Under the pieces are notes generated by a model. That model had not been told where the DNA came from. It worked only from the letters and a program-made list of their open reading frames with translations, and made no database searches. From the NCBI GenBank assembly GCA_963575745.1, contig CAUYUJ010000115.1, forward strand, positions 62,001 through 126,000: 64,000 bases of DNA. Reading direction: 5' to 3'. Made by a program: the position numbers and the translations under genes. Positions 36,494 to 50,030 of the stretch are shown piece after piece. This DNA is from Prorocentrum cordatum. Taxonomy: Eukaryota. Every line of letters starts with the position of its first letter. Within the stretch, counting starts at the first letter, position 1.

Positions 36494-36897
36494 AACAGCA
36501 AGAACAACAACAACAAACAGCAAGAAGAATAATAATAACAACAACAACAACAACAGCACCAGCAACAACATCAACAACAACAGCAACAACAACAGCAGCA
36601 ACAACAACAACAGCAACAACATCAACAACAATAACAACAACAACAGCAGCAACAACAACGACAACAATCAACAAGCAACAATCACCAAACACCAAATAAC
36701 AAACAACAAATAACACACAACAAACAACAAACAACAAACAACAAACAACACACAACACACAATAACAACAACACCAACAACAACAACAACCAACAACGAC
36801 AACAACAACAACATGAACACCACAACCAACAAGCAGCAACAACAACAACCAACCACCAACAACAACAACAACAACAACGACAACACCAACAACAACA
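36494..36897. repeat. (CAA)n-type microsatellite
   Basis: Direct reading of the sequence. Confidence 0.95.
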
Positions 36898-37647
36898 GTA
36901 CTTTAAGACGGTTCGCCCTTATATGCTCGAGTGTTCAATAACGCGTATTTCCCAAACCCTCGATACCCGCCCTCTTCGTCTTCGATCGAACCCCTTTTGG
37001 GGGGTATACCTTTCTTCCCTGCAGGCCGGGCCCCGGCAAGCGGCGGGGCGGTCGCGGACCGTCGGCCTGGCCAGCGGCAGCGCTGATCGGCGGGGCGGCC
37101 GCGGACCGTCGACCCGACCCCAAGAGGGACGGACAGGGGACCGACCACGACGACGACGACGACGACGCCGAAGACGACGGCGACGACGACGACGACGGCG
37201 ACGACGATCGAAAGCGAGAGCGAGAGAGAACGACAGCAGGGCCACGAAGGGCACGAAGTAGGCCACGAAGGGCGACAGCGGGGACACGAAGGGAGTGCGT
37301 ATGGGGCCACGAAGAGCGCGAACGAGCGGGGCCACGAAGTGCACATAATGCGGGCCCACACAAGGCAACTATGGGGCCACTGAGGGTAGCAACTGGGCCA
37401 CGTAGGACAGTGAGGGGGACTCAAATGGCGACAGCGGGGCCACGAAGGGCATGCACATGGGGCCACAACGGGCGCGACTCCTGGGTGCCTCGGTGTCGGG
37501 AGCGCGGCGCTTGGGCAAATTGTTTAAAAAATCCAACGCGAGGCCATTTTTCAGCAAGTTGCAAGCAAGTCTCCAGCGAGAGCGCGACTCCAAAGCGCCG
37601 GGAGAGCGATTCCTGCATAAATTGTAAGGAAGTTGAAAGCGAGAGCG

Positions 37648-37915
37648 CGATTCCTGAATAAAATGCGAGGAAGTCTCGGGCGGGAGCGGGGGTCCTGGCT
37701 AAATTGTAAGGAAGTCTCAGGCGGGAGCCGTTGTTGTAATCCGCGGGGCCAGGAGCACAGTTTGAGCACAAAGATTTTCCCTGACAAAAAACAGGGTGCG
37801 AGCGTCGAGGGGCACATTTCGAGAAAGAAAAAACAGTATGCACCGGTGGGGGGATCAACAATAATTATTTTTCTGACATGAGAATTCAACAACAACAACA
37901 CCAACAACAAACAAC

Positions 37916-37950
<35 letters not shown>

Positions 37951-37987
37951 ACACCACCAACACTACCAACAACAACGACAACAACCG

Positions 37988-38045
<58 letters not shown>

Positions 38046-38563
38046 GCAACAACAACAACAACAACGGCAACAACGGCAACAACAACAACAATAACAACAA
38101 CAAACAACGGCATAAACATAACTTCTGGCGCTTCGCGCGCATTTCCTGGATCCGCGCCGGGGTTCCCCGGCGGCGCCTCCGGCGCCGCCCCTGGCGCGCT
38201 CCGCGCGCCAGGGAGGAGGGTCCAGTGCAGATCCAAGAAATCTGCGCGGAGCGCCAAAAGTTTGTGTCTATGCAGTTGTTTGTGTTGTTGTTGCTGTTGG
38301 TGTTGCTGTTGCTGTTGCTGTTGTTGTTGTTGATGGTGAAGTTTCAATTCTGAAGAATATTTTTTGTTGATCCCCCCTCACTAATTTTCTTTCTCGAAGT
38401 GTGCCCCTCGACGCTCGCACCCTGTATTTTGACAGGGAAAGTCTTTGTGCTCAAACTATGCCCCTGGCCCCCCGGATTACAACAACGGCTCCCGCCTGAG
38501 ACTTCCTCCAAATTTACTCAGGACTCCCGCTCCTGAGACTCCTTCACAATTTTCTCAGGATCG
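37648..38563. mobile_element. Foldback-type element with ~220-bp inverted arms enclosing inverted (CAA)n and (TTG)n tracts
   Basis: GGAAGTCTCAGGCGGGAGCCGTTGTTGTAATCCG pairs with CGGATTACAACAACGGCTCCCGCCTGAGACTTCC, and CAGGGTGCGAGCGTCGAGGGGCACA pairs with TGTGCCCCTCGACGCTCGCACCCTG. Confidence 0.85.
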
Positions 38564-38589
38564 ATGCGCCCGCCTGTAACCGCCTCGCA

Positions 38590-40300
38590 ATTTAGAGGAG
38601 GCCTAAGACAGCCCAAGAGCGACCCACGAGGGCCCAAGACGACCCAAAAGGGTCGTCCTGTGGGGCTCACGGAACCCCCCAAGACGGCCCAAGCGGCCCC
38701 AAAGCCGGCCGAGGAGGCCCCCAAGACGGCCTCCGGGAGGCCCAAGAAGGCCTCGCTCGAAATCATGTTCCCGGAAGCGTCTCCGGGAACATGATTTCCG
38801 GGTTCCCAGGACGCCCAAGAGGCCCACAAGACAACCTCAGCGAGGCACAAGAGGGCCCGAGATGGCTTGAAGATGGCCGGAGAGGGCCCCAAGAGGGCCT
38901 TCAAGATGCAAACATCGGCCCATTCTTTTCGTACAACGTACGTTTTCAGCATACTCGCAAGACAGCCCAAGAGAGACCCAAGATGGCCCAATACGGCCCA
39001 AAAGGGTCGTCCTGTGGGGCTTGTGTATCGGAGTAGGCCGGGGGAGGGCCCAGACTTGCTGCCTCTGGTTCGCATGGGGGGCTGGGGGGGCCTTAAGGGC
39101 TCCAAGAGGGTTCAGAAGTGGCCCCGGACCCCCCCAGAGGCTGCCAAGCTGGCCCAAGAGGCGCCCGAAGCGCTACAGGTTGTCTGCAAGGTAGTTGAAG
39201 GGCGCGCTGAGATGGCTTCCAGACGGGCCACGAGCGCTCGAAGACACCCCACGACTGCTCCTAGACGGCCACAAAGGCATTCAAGACGGTCCAAGAGGCC
39301 GCCGAGAAGGCATCCTACGGGAAAGTGTATGGTTCTTGGATATTTTCTTTTCAGTCCTACCAGCGGCCGCGGCGGCCCTAGAGGCTCCCAAAATGAGCCC
39401 CAGACGGCCCAAGAGGCCCCCAAGTGGCCCCGCAGAGGGCCTGAAGAGAGATTCAAGCAACACAAGAGCGCTCCAACACGGCCCCAGAGAGTACCCAGAA
39501 ACCCTGAGGGGGCCGAGGGAGGATCCCTACATTGTCGGAGAGGGCCCCCAGAGGGCCCCAAGACGGGCTCAGGTCCCCGTGGCGGGCGAAGAGGACCCGG
39601 AACGGCCGAATTGGGCTCCCAGAGGGTCCACACAAGGCTTCCCAGGACTCCCTGAAGACGGTCCAGGAGGCCGCTAAGAAGGCTCCCGGGTGCAAAGAAC
39701 GAGCATCTGCCATGGGAAGACGTACATTTCTAGGACACTCGCTTCCTATGTTCCATCGGCGGTCACGTCGGCCCCAAAGCCTCCCCGAATCGGCGCCACA
39801 CGGTCCAAGAGGCCCCCATGAGGGCTCCAAGACAGCCTCAAGAGACAGCCCGAGAAAGTCCCAAGGGGGCCCCAGGGAGCCACCGGAGGATCCCTACATG
39901 GTCGGAGAGGGCTCCGTGACGGCCCCAAAAAGGCTCAGCTACCCATGACATGCCAAGAGGGGGTTGGCACAGCCGCAATGGGCTCCCAGACGGGCCACAA
40001 AAGGCCCAAAAGGACCCCCCCTACGACTGTCCAAGAGGCCGCTGAGGAGACCCTCTCGAGGCAAAAATCAAGCATTCCAGATGGAAAACTATATATGTGC
40101 GAGCTTCGCTTCGTCGGGGAGGGCCCCAGGAGGGCCCAAAGACGGGCTGAGCTCCCCACGACGAGCCACGAGGGACCCGGAACGGCCGAAATGGGTCTTC
40201 GGACGGGCCAAAAAAGGCCCGAAAGGACTCCAAAGGAAGGCCCCGAGAGCCTCAAGAGACTGCCACAATGCTTTCCAAAAGGCTCCCGGCACGCGTTCCA
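38590..40300. repeat. Degenerate GGCCCAAGA(C)-type minisatellite; also 55960-56650 and 58250-63720, and in reverse orientation at ~9950-10830 and 25255-25530
   Basis: Recurrent GACGGCCCAAGA / GAGGCCCCAAGA units; these produce the spurious GPSWG-rich ORFs. Confidence 0.85.
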
Positions 40301-40553
40301 GTAGGCACCCTTTCACCGGGTGCGCTGAAAAAAGAGAGGAGGAGGAGGACAAAGAGGAGGAGGAGGAGGAGAAGGAGCAAGTAAAGGGGAATAGTCGCCG
40401 GGGCCCAGCGGCCCGGCGGCCCTGCGGCCCGGAGCTCGAGGCCCGGGGCCCGGGGCCCGGGGCCCGGGGGCCCGTCGGCCCTGCGGCCTGGAGCTCAAGG
40501 CCCTGCAGGGCCCGGGGCCCGGGGCCCGGGACCGGGACCGGGAGCCCGGGAAA

Positions 40554-40752
40554 GAGCCTGTTTTTTTTCTAGACTCTGGCAAGTTTACTTGGGGGGGGGG
40601 GGAGGCTGAGCCTGAAGCAAGCCTGGGGGTGGGGGCCGCGGAAATCACGCAAGTCGAGAGGCACGCTAGTATTCGCTTGAAGAGGGGCGAGGGGGGGGGG
40701 GGGGGCGAACGCCATGCAAGTAAACTTGCCTGAATACAAAAAAAACAGGCTC
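40554..40752. mobile_element. 199-bp MITE with ~38-bp TIRs and 3-bp TSD (AAA), within a (GGGGCCC)n tract; half copy at 52660-52732
   Basis: AAA|GAGCCTGTTTTTTTT...GGCAAGTTTACTTG ... CAAGTAAACTTGCC...AAAAAAAACAGGCTC|AAA. Confidence 0.8.
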
Positions 40753-41449
40753 AAACCGGAATCCGGGGCCTGGGGCCCGGGGCCCGGGGCCTGGGGCCTG
40801 AGATCCGGAGCCCTTGGCCCGGGCCCAAGTTCCAGAGCCCCAGGCCCGGGGCCGAGGCTCGAGGCTCCAGACCCTTACACCCGTTAGAGCCCAAACACCT
40901 GAACCCAATCCAGACACCTTAACCCGAACCTTTACCAACCCAGAACGCTGACAAATTAAAGCGTGCACCCTGACCCTGACCGTCACCCGAACCCCAACCC
41001 GAGCACACTGGGCTGGCGGCATGCTCGAAAGAGCACGCGCGTACCCTAATTAACGGGCGGGCGGGTCGGGCGGCGGGCGGGGCCCAAGGAGGCGAGCGTG
41101 TCCAAACAGGAAGGCGTGTCGGGCGGCGGGCGAAACCCTGACGGGGCGGGCGGGCGGACGGCGGGTCGGGCGGGACATTAAAAGTATGACACATAATCGA
41201 GGCATCACGCGCGCACCCTAACGGGCGGGTCGGGCGGGCGCATCCCATCGGGCAGCGGGCGCGACCCCAACATCCGAACGCCCTGACCGTAACGCTCGAA
41301 CGCCCGAACAACTCAGGCCATACACCCAATTCCTGACCCAAAACGTCCTAGTTCGACAATATGAACCAGAGCCCTAAAGCCCATGCCTGGGTACCCAGAC
41401 CTGCACACGTCCCGGCGGGCGCAACCGATTCTCGGTCGGCCTACTTGCC

Positions 41450-41857
41450 ATGGCAGGCGGCGGGGAGCAGCAACGTTCTAGGGGAGGTCTTCGTGACGAT
41501 GTTCGTTATGAGGGTCCAAGGGAACGTCGTAGCAGAAGCCGTAGCCACCATAGGGCACGGACGCGGGACACGGGCACGAGCCACCATAGGGCTCGGGACA
41601 TGGAGCGGACCCCTGCCCATCATAGGGCCAGCGGCCGCTCCAGGAGCCACCATAGGGTTCCTGAAGGCCCGTTGTGTCCGCAATGCAGTATCCGTGGTCA
41701 TCTTGCTCGTGATTGTCCGTCGGCGGCGAGTCCAGCAACCACACCAAAATCGTCCTCCGCAGCGCACTTGCCGCTCCTCTTTCTTCGCCGAGGCAGCATC
41801 AGCGCCGTGATCTCCCGCAACCACCACCTCGCCCACACCCAGGCGTCACGCAGTTAA
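41450..41857 (+). CDS. Short Arg/Ser/His-rich ORF or exon with one CCHC zinc knuckle
   Basis: CPQCSIRGHLARDC fits CX2CX4HX4C (41675-41716) and is preceded by three SHHR repeats (AGCCACCATAGGG). Confidence 0.5.
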   Translation: MAGGGEQQRSRGGLRDDVRYEGPRERRSRSRSHHRARTRDTGTSHHRARDMERTPAHHRASGRSRSHHRVPEGPLCPQCSIRGHLARDCPSAASPATTPKSSSAAHLPLLFLRRGSISAVISRNHHLAHTQASRS

Positions 41858-43928
41858 GATGCTGAAAAAAGGACAACTTTGGGCTCGGGAGTGGCTCTGG
41901 TTTTTGGGCCGTTCCTTTTTTGGGGGCTTCGTCGGGATTGTGCACCCCACGGGAAGGGAGTGGGGGGGAACGGGAAAATTCATTGCCTTCAATTCAAATC
42001 CCCACGAACCTCGGGCAGTACGTGCGGCCCGGGGGGAGGCGGACCGCTCACCCATCCCACCACCATAGGGGGGATGTGAAGACCCTGTGAGCGGGACGGG
42101 GTGGGCACAGGGGGGCCACCAAATGGCATCCCGCACCCAAGTCGTGGCCGTCATGGGCCTCTTCTTGGGATGAGGCACCAATCGGCCTCTCGGATGGGCA
42201 CCATACGCCCGTCCACAACCAAAGGAAGCGCACCATTTGCCTTCCGCATTTCTTTGGCAATTGATTGCAACACTCATGGACCTTTTTCATTTGATACTTC
42301 AACCTCTTTCCAACCATGCGAACCCGAACACCCCAACCAGAACATCCGAAACCGAAAGCCCTAACCCGAACACCTTAGCCCCCTTACCCTAAGCCGAATA
42401 CCTTACCCAGAGCGCCCTTACCCTAGCACCCTAACCAAAACACCGTATCACCCGAACCCTATCACCCCACCGCTGGAACCCTAACACCCTAAGGAGAACC
42501 CCTAAACAACCGAGCCCGAACACCCGAACCCGAACACCCGAACCCCTAAACAACCGAACCCGAACAAGCCCAACTCAAACATCCTGACCCTCACATCCCC
42601 ACCCAAACACCCCACCCTGACACGAACACCCGAACACTAGAACATCCGAACACCTATACGTATCGATCATAAGGGAGAGGAGCGCATTTGGGATGAGAGC
42701 AGACCGGGACGAGCGCGTGGACGCTGGGGCCAGATAGTTCGGGCGGGGCAAGCGGGCAAAGAAGTAAAGCGGCCTGGCTGGTCGGGCAGGTCGGGACTGG
42801 CGGACCGGGCCCGCGAATCAAGCGGGCAGATGCCCATGGTCGAAACGGGCGGGCAGGGTATTGAAGCGGGATCGCGGCGCAGGCGGGCCGTAGGGTAAGC
42901 TTGGGGGAAGGGCCTGTCGACATTGCTGAGGTAGGCCTCCTCCTCCTCCCCATCTTCCTCTTCATCCTCCTCGTCCACCTCGTCGTCTTTCTCGGCTTGC
43001 TCCTCCGTCGTCCCTTCTTTCTCACCCTCCCACTGGCGAGCAGGTAGCAGGAGGTGGACATGGGGGGACAGCATGCGAGAGAGGGTGCGAAGAGACCCAG
43101 GAGACGAGTGAGAAGCAGACGAACGGGGTGGAGTGCGGAGGGAGAAGTAGGAGAGTACAGGATTGGGAGGAAAAGTGGAATGGATAGTAGTGGGGGGGAC
43201 CTCCTCCTCCTCCTCCCCCTCCCTCTACACGATCCTCGATCCTCGTCGTCCTTATTCCCCTCGTTTTCCGCGGTCCTCCTAGATCCTCGATTCTCGATCC
43301 TCCTATGTGGATTCTCGATCCCAGATCCTGGATCCTCCTCCTTTCCTCTTTCTTCTCCTCCTCGTGGATCCTTCTCGTGCTCCTCGTCGGTCCCTGATCG
43401 TCCTCCTCCACCTCCTTTGCGGTCCTTGTCCTCTTCGAATATCAATCTTCGGCACTCGATCCTCATCATCGAGCCCCCCTCCTCATTCTGAAGAGCTACA
43501 TCGACAATCAAAATATATACCACGAAAACGACGAGGGAGTGGCGTGGAAGGGGAGGGGTGGTGACAAAGAGGGGGATGAGGAAGCAGAGACGCAGTAGTG
43601 ACTCGTAGCGTGCCTGGCTGATCGCAGCTTCCGCACGCTACTCTTGCTCCTTTCGTCTTCCGGCGGTCGTCCACTTGGTCGCGGGTCGAAAGGCCGACCT
43701 CCCAGAAGGACACCCCGCACCGGGGCGCACGGCACGCAAGGCGTGCGCAAAACACGCCCCAGACCACTGGCAGCACGCAAACATTTGGGCCCACTACATA
43801 TCTGCCACCACTCGCGCGCGACACCGCACCCTCACACAAGACGCCGCTGGCCAGAAACTCCTGGCCTCGCAACGCTCACAGAAGGGGTCGGCGGATGTGG
43901 CGTAAGCTTGTAGAATCTCATAATCTGG

Positions 43929-46135
43929 CTACTTCGCGCCAGCGGCAGCTGAAGCGGGAGCACGCGAACGCGGGCGGGCCTTTGCCTTCGCAGCCTTCTT
44001 AGCCCGCGCAGCCTTCCTCTGCGCCACGGCCCGGCGCGTCTCCGCGACGGCGAGGACGCGGCGGTTGCTCACGCCCACCATCTCCGCCACGGCGAGGATG
44101 CGCATCCAGCGGCCCATGTGGTGGACTGTGTGGCCCAACGGCGAGGGGTCGCTGTTTTTTATCTCGCATATGTTGGTCGGGAAACCCTGGAGGTGCGCCT
44201 GGTTCTCTGGCAACGAAGGTAAGCAATGCTTCTTGCACCACTCCCCCACGTGCCCACTGGTATGATATTCGTCCACGACGTAAGCGACATCTGCCGCTAG
44301 CTATTCGGCGAGTTCGGAGTTTGCCCTGTTGGCCTCCACCATCAAGCGCAAGTGGCACGCCTCGTCGTGAACGACAACCTGGGCAGAGGGCGGCGGCAAG
44401 AGAAATGCGGGGAAGCCCCGCCGCTACCACCGCGCCCGGGTCGGGGGGGCCAGGCGCGGAGGGCCGCCGTTGTTGGGGGGGGGTGGGGCCCAAAATCCAC
44501 CTTCAAATCTGGGTGCCTGGATTTCAATATGGCCAAGAAACGGTATCTCTGGGACAGGGGCCCCACCCCGATCAACTCGTCGACGTCGACGATGACCCCC
44601 GAGGCGCTGACCGCTGTGAGGAAACCGCCGGTCCGCGCTGCGGCCACGACGTGGTTCGGGGTCTCACTCTGACTTCTGCCGCGGCCCCAAGGAGCTCCAA
44701 GACGACATGAAAGAACGCTCCTTCCTCCTTTTCAGCTTGGCAAGAAAACGAACGGCCCGGAATTCCTTGCGCTGCTTCCGCCTCTCCATCTGGGGGCGCG
44801 GGGGGGGGGGGGGGGAACGGGCGCCCCACGCGAGGGCCGGGGGCGGGCGAACGGATGCCCAGGCGACGCCGGCGGCACCGGGCGCCCCTCGCGAGGGCCG
44901 GGGGCGGGCGAACGGATGCCCAGGCGACGCCGGCGGCACCGGCCCGAACAGATCGGAGGGCGATCGCCCCCGGGCTGCCCTCGCGCCGCCTGGCCCCCGC
45001 GGCCAATGCGAGAAACTAAGGCGACCGCCTTGACATGTTCATTGGAGAAGTAGTGCGTCAGACGGGCTTCGTCGACAGTGCACGCGGGCTGCCACCGCGC
45101 GCAGTGCTGAACTTGAACCTCCAAGTGCTTGGCGTCGCCCTTGTCGCACAGCGCTTTCTTCGTCCGGTGGGCGACGACCTTCTCGTGGGAGTCGAACTTG
45201 GCGTTGTCCCGGCCCCGCGCGCGCTTGCAGCACAGAGTGTCCTTCCCGCTTGGCGAATTCGGGCAAACCCGGATGAGGTACTTGTTAAGCTCCTCGCACC
45301 ACACCGTACTTGCGAACGGCATGCCGCATGTCCTACGATACAGCTTGGCGTTGCCATCGATAGCCAAGATATCTTGCCGATCGCCAGACTCGCGAAACTG
45401 CCGCTTGCGCTTCCCTGCCATGAGGGGCCCGCACCATGCCCAAGATTCGGCAATCAGCCTGCCAAGTGGGGCTTGGAGGACGGAGAATTCAACTTTTCCT
45501 CTCGCACGCGGAGTGGACTCGCCCGCACGCTGCCAGAGCACCCACCGAGCCCAAGCCTGAGACAACAGTTTCCTGGTATCCACTGGGACGGTCGCGCCAT
45601 GTACAAGGTTCAGCAAAGCAGCTTCCCCGTGGAAATTTGCACGTTGGAGGAATAGTCGGGCACTCCACTGCTTCAGCCACGAGACGGTCACGCCGAACTT
45701 CTTGTTGACGAACCAGATGTCCGGGTGCATGCGCCCGACGTCCAAAACCTTCGTGAACTTGCCCCGGGGGCCGGCCATGGGTACCATTTTGAAGCCGCAC
45801 CAATAGGTGACCCCTCGCGACTTGTTGGCATCAGCACATCTTTCGCACCAGCGTAGAACATGGGCTGCGCGGAACGGGGCGTTCTCAGCAACCACGAAGC
45901 ACAGCGCGCCTGGACTTCTAGCACTTGCAATGTTCGGTTGCGTCAACTGGCCATTGCATTCGGGGCAAACCTCCCGCAAGCTCGAAAGCGCGTGCGGGAA
46001 TGCAACCATGCCGCGCTCATGGAGACGGTCCAACACAGCGCCGGCGGCACCCGAAGGCAACGCCTGGGCGCAACCACTTTCCAACAGGGCCTCCTGGAAA
46101 GCGGTCGAAGCCGACGCAGATGCCATGGAGACCAC
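43929..46135 (-). pseudogene. KDZ (Kyakuja-Dileera-Zisupton)-like transposase with CxC domains, two introns (45028-44790 GC-AG; 44500-44379 GT-AG), a frameshift and an in-frame stop
   Basis: Motifs CPEC, WCERC...YWCGF, LAIDGNAKLYRRTC, RTGGFLTAVSASGVIVDVDELIG, HPDLK/VVVHDEACHL, YVVDEYHTSGHVGEWC and TNICE. These match the DG...GxI..ExxS...D.AC...D.FH...H...C...CE pattern of KDZ transposases as I recall it. Confidence 0.72.
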
Positions 46136-49100
46136 AGGACTTGGGACTGCCAGGTGCGGGGTAAGACCGCGCTCGGGCCAGACGCCGATTCGAAATGGAG
46201 GCCACTCATTGAGGGAAGTCCTGTGCAGAGTGCATGCGTCGCGCAGGCAACACCGATGGCCTCACGAGCACGAACGAACTATGTTAATTGTGTGTTTTCG
46301 TGTTGTAGCATTGGCAGCCGGAGTTTGCCCCCCAATACCTGCGTGTATGCTGGGGTGACAAGTTATCGCACCGCCGTCCGCCGACCCTTGTTCGGCTGGT
46401 ATCCCTGCATACCAACGCGTACTGATGCCATCACTGGCGCGGTGCATTCAGGCATCCATGTCGTTATAATACTGGTCGCGCGGACGGAGGAGGAGACGGG
46501 AAAAAGGGGAAGCCAGGGTTCCTCCTAGAAACAAGCCAGCCCTTGGCAACAACGCATGCAGGGGGCGAGCATACCCAGGGCCAGCACCATGTGGGAGAAA
46601 ATGCAAGCCTGTGGGAGAAGCCTCACTGTCAGGAGCGAAGGAGCACCTGGCAAACCATGAAGGAACCAATGTTCCTCCTAGAAACAAACCAGCCCTACGC
46701 GATACAGCCTGAACAAGTCATATGGCAAACGCGAAACCGGGGAGAAAAACGGTTGGTTACTCGGGATGGGCGAACAATGAAGGAGGAGAGCACGGGAAGG
46801 GGAGGGAAAGCGCAGGTTCCTCTTAGTCTTAGACACAAGCCACTTCTTGGCCACATGTTGCCCGCAGGGGGCGAGCATACCCGGGAACCGCCCTCTGGGA
46901 GAAAACCATTGTTTTTTTGGGGGGGAGAAGCCACAATGCTGGAACGAGGGAACACAAGGACCGGCATGAGAAGGCCAGTGTAGGGTCGACTAACAAGCCA
47001 ACCCTGCGAGAAACTGCAGGAGCGAACCGAGAAAAAACGAGAACGGGAAAGGGTGGACTAGCCAGGGATGCGCGAACGCAGAGGAAGGAGAAGAGGGGAA
47101 GGAGGGGGCAAGCCAGGGTTCCTCCTAAAAACAAACCAGCCCTTGGCATATGTGCATGCAGGAGCGGGCAAATACGGGAGCCGCCCCATGAGGGAGACAT
47201 TCAGAGCCTTTCGGGGAAATTCCAATGCGAGGAACGAGGGAGCAACGTGAAAACGATGAGAAAAACAATGTTCCTCCCAGAAACAAACCAGCCCTATGCG
47301 AAACAGGATGAACAAACCCGCGGGTGGGGGGGGAAACACGCAAACGGGTGGCCAAAAATTGACAGCTGGGATGGGCGAGCGAGGGCGGAAGAGAAGACGG
47401 GAAAAGGGACAAGCCAGGGTTCCTCCTAGAAACAAGCCAGCCCTTGGCAAACATGCAAGCGGGGGGGCGCATACCCAGGGCCAGCACCATGCGGGATAAA
47501 ACGCAAGCCTTTGGGATAAGCCTCACTGTCAGGAACGAGGGCACATCCGGCAAACCGTGAGGGAGCCACGGTTCCTCTGTAGAGACAAACCAGGCCTACA
47601 CGAAAGGACATGAACAAACGTACCCCAAAAGCGAACACAGAAAACAATGATGGTTAGCCGGGATGGGCGAGCAATGAAGAAGGATAGGGGGGAAGGGCAG
47701 GGGGGAGCCAGGGTTCCTCCTAGAAAGAAGCCAGCCAATGGCAAATTTGGCAAGCAGGGGGCGGGCATGCCCGGGACACGCCCCATATGGGAGAGGGCCG
47801 AAGCCTTCGGGAGAATCCCCAATGCTGGTAGGAGGGAGCAAAAAGAAGAGCACGAAACATCGAAGGTACCCTCTACAAACCAACCAGCCCTGCGAGAAAG
47901 TGCACGAGCAAACCGGAAAAAACGAAAACGGGAAAAAAGGATCGGTGAACCAATGATGGTGCGCGAACGCAAGGGGAGGAGAAGAGGGGAAGGAGAGGGC
48001 AAGCCAAGGTTCCTCCTAGAAACAAACCAGCCCTTCGCAGACTTGCATGCAGGAGCGCGCATCTCCAGGAGCCGCCCCAGGTGTGGGAAATAGAGAACCT
48101 TTAAGGGAAACCCCAATGCGAGGAACGAGAGGACAACAGGAAAATCATGAGAAGAACACGGTTCCACCTAGAAAATAACCAGCCCTATGCGAAACAACAA
48201 GAACAACCCCGAAACAACGTAAACAGAAGACAGTTCGTTAGCTGGGATGGGCGAGCGAGGAAGGATGAGAAGACGAGCAAGGGGCAAGCCAAGGTTCCCT
48301 TTAGAAACAAGCCAGCCCTTGATAAAAATGCATGTAGGGTTCGAGCATGCCCAAAGCCAGCCCCTTGCGGGAGACAGCGCGAGCTTCCGCGGGAAGCCTC
48401 ACTGTCACGAGCGCGGGAACATCCCACAAATCATCAGGGAACCAAGATTCATCTCAAAAACGAGCGAGGCCTACGCGAAACAGTATGAGCACACACAAAC
48501 CAACAAACACGAAAACGGAAAACATGTTGGCTAGCCGGGATGGGCGAACAAGGTAAGATGAGAAGAAGGTTCCTCCTAGAAACAAGCCAGCCCTGGGCAA
48601 CATGTGACAGCGGGAGGCGATCATACCCAGGGCCCGCCCCAGGTGGAACAAAGCCAAAATCTTTGGGAGAAGCCCCCATGACAGGAATGAGGGAACAAAA
48701 GAAACAAAAACACGAGACAAGCACGGTACCCTCTGCAAAGAAGCCAGCCCTGTGCGAAAATGTATGAATACACCATGGAGGATCGATGGTCCCCAAGGGG
48801 GGCCCAAAAGGGCACCCAGGGCTGGGAAGAGAGCCCCACGAGGGCCCGAGGTGAGCCCCAATAAGGCCCAAGAGGCCTTCAAACGTTGCCTCAAGAGATC
48901 CCGACGATGGCCTCAAGAGGCTTCGAAAATCTAAGACGCTCGCGGAGCGAAACATCTGGTCATCACCGTCGCCTTCGTCAGTCGTCGTGTGCTTCGTCGT
49001 CGTCTGCTTCGTCGTCGTCGTCGTTTCTGTCTTTGCCCTCTCCCTCTTCCCCTTCCTGACCCTCCCACTCCTCTATATCGTTCCCCTCCTCCTTGTCCTC

Positions 49101-49734
49101 CTCCCCCCACACATCCTCATCTGCTGCCTCCATCCCTTCTCCTTGTAGAAAGCTCCTCCCTTTCGGGCCACGTGCCGCAGGGGGTACACTGTTGAAAATG
49201 AGGCTCCCGCTCCGGATCCTGATCTGGAAAGTTGGGGGTCGCAATGACCACGGGCCATCAGACCCTGAGACCCGAAGACCCCAAGACCCAAACACACAAT
49301 ATCCAAAAGCCCTAAGGCCGCAAAGGCCGGAAAACCTCTTGTTGCGTCCCTACGCATACCAGGATGACGCCACCAGACTGAAAGGATGACCAGACATACG
49401 TATGACAATCATGGGCGCTGCGTGGGCAACACGGGTGCACTTCGGAACTACGACTGCGAGCGGCGAAAGAATAGGTCGAACTCTAAATGTACCCCTCTAG
49501 AGATACTGCAACACGCGGCCCTCAGATCCGTTCACCTTAGAAAGACCATCATGCAACGCGTACCCTGGAATCGCGTGGTCCCGCAATCCCATGAAAGGGA
49601 TGACGGCGCGCAAACAGTCACACTTCCCCACGCTCCCTTCTCATATTCCCTCGTTCCCTGGTTCTCTCTACCTCGTCCGTCAATCCTCCTCCCTTCCACT
49701 TCGTTCTCGTCCACTTAGTCCTCCTCCACGCACG

Positions 49735-49972
49735 CACCATCCTCCTCATCCTCACAGTCCACCGCATTATCACCATCCTCCGCATCCTCGCCTTCCTCCT
49801 GATCATCGTCCTCGTCATCAGCATCATCATCAGCAGCAGTATCGTCATCCTCATGATCATCATCAGCAGCATCAGCATCAGCATCATTATTCTCATTATC
49901 ATCATCATCGTCGTCATCATCACCGTCATCATCATCACCATCGTCGACATCCTCGGCATCATCAGCAGCATC

Positions 49973-50030
<58 letters not shown>

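Noticed and set aside
42320..42655. True telomere
   Set aside because: Internal and highly degenerate; no perfect (CCCTAAA)n run.
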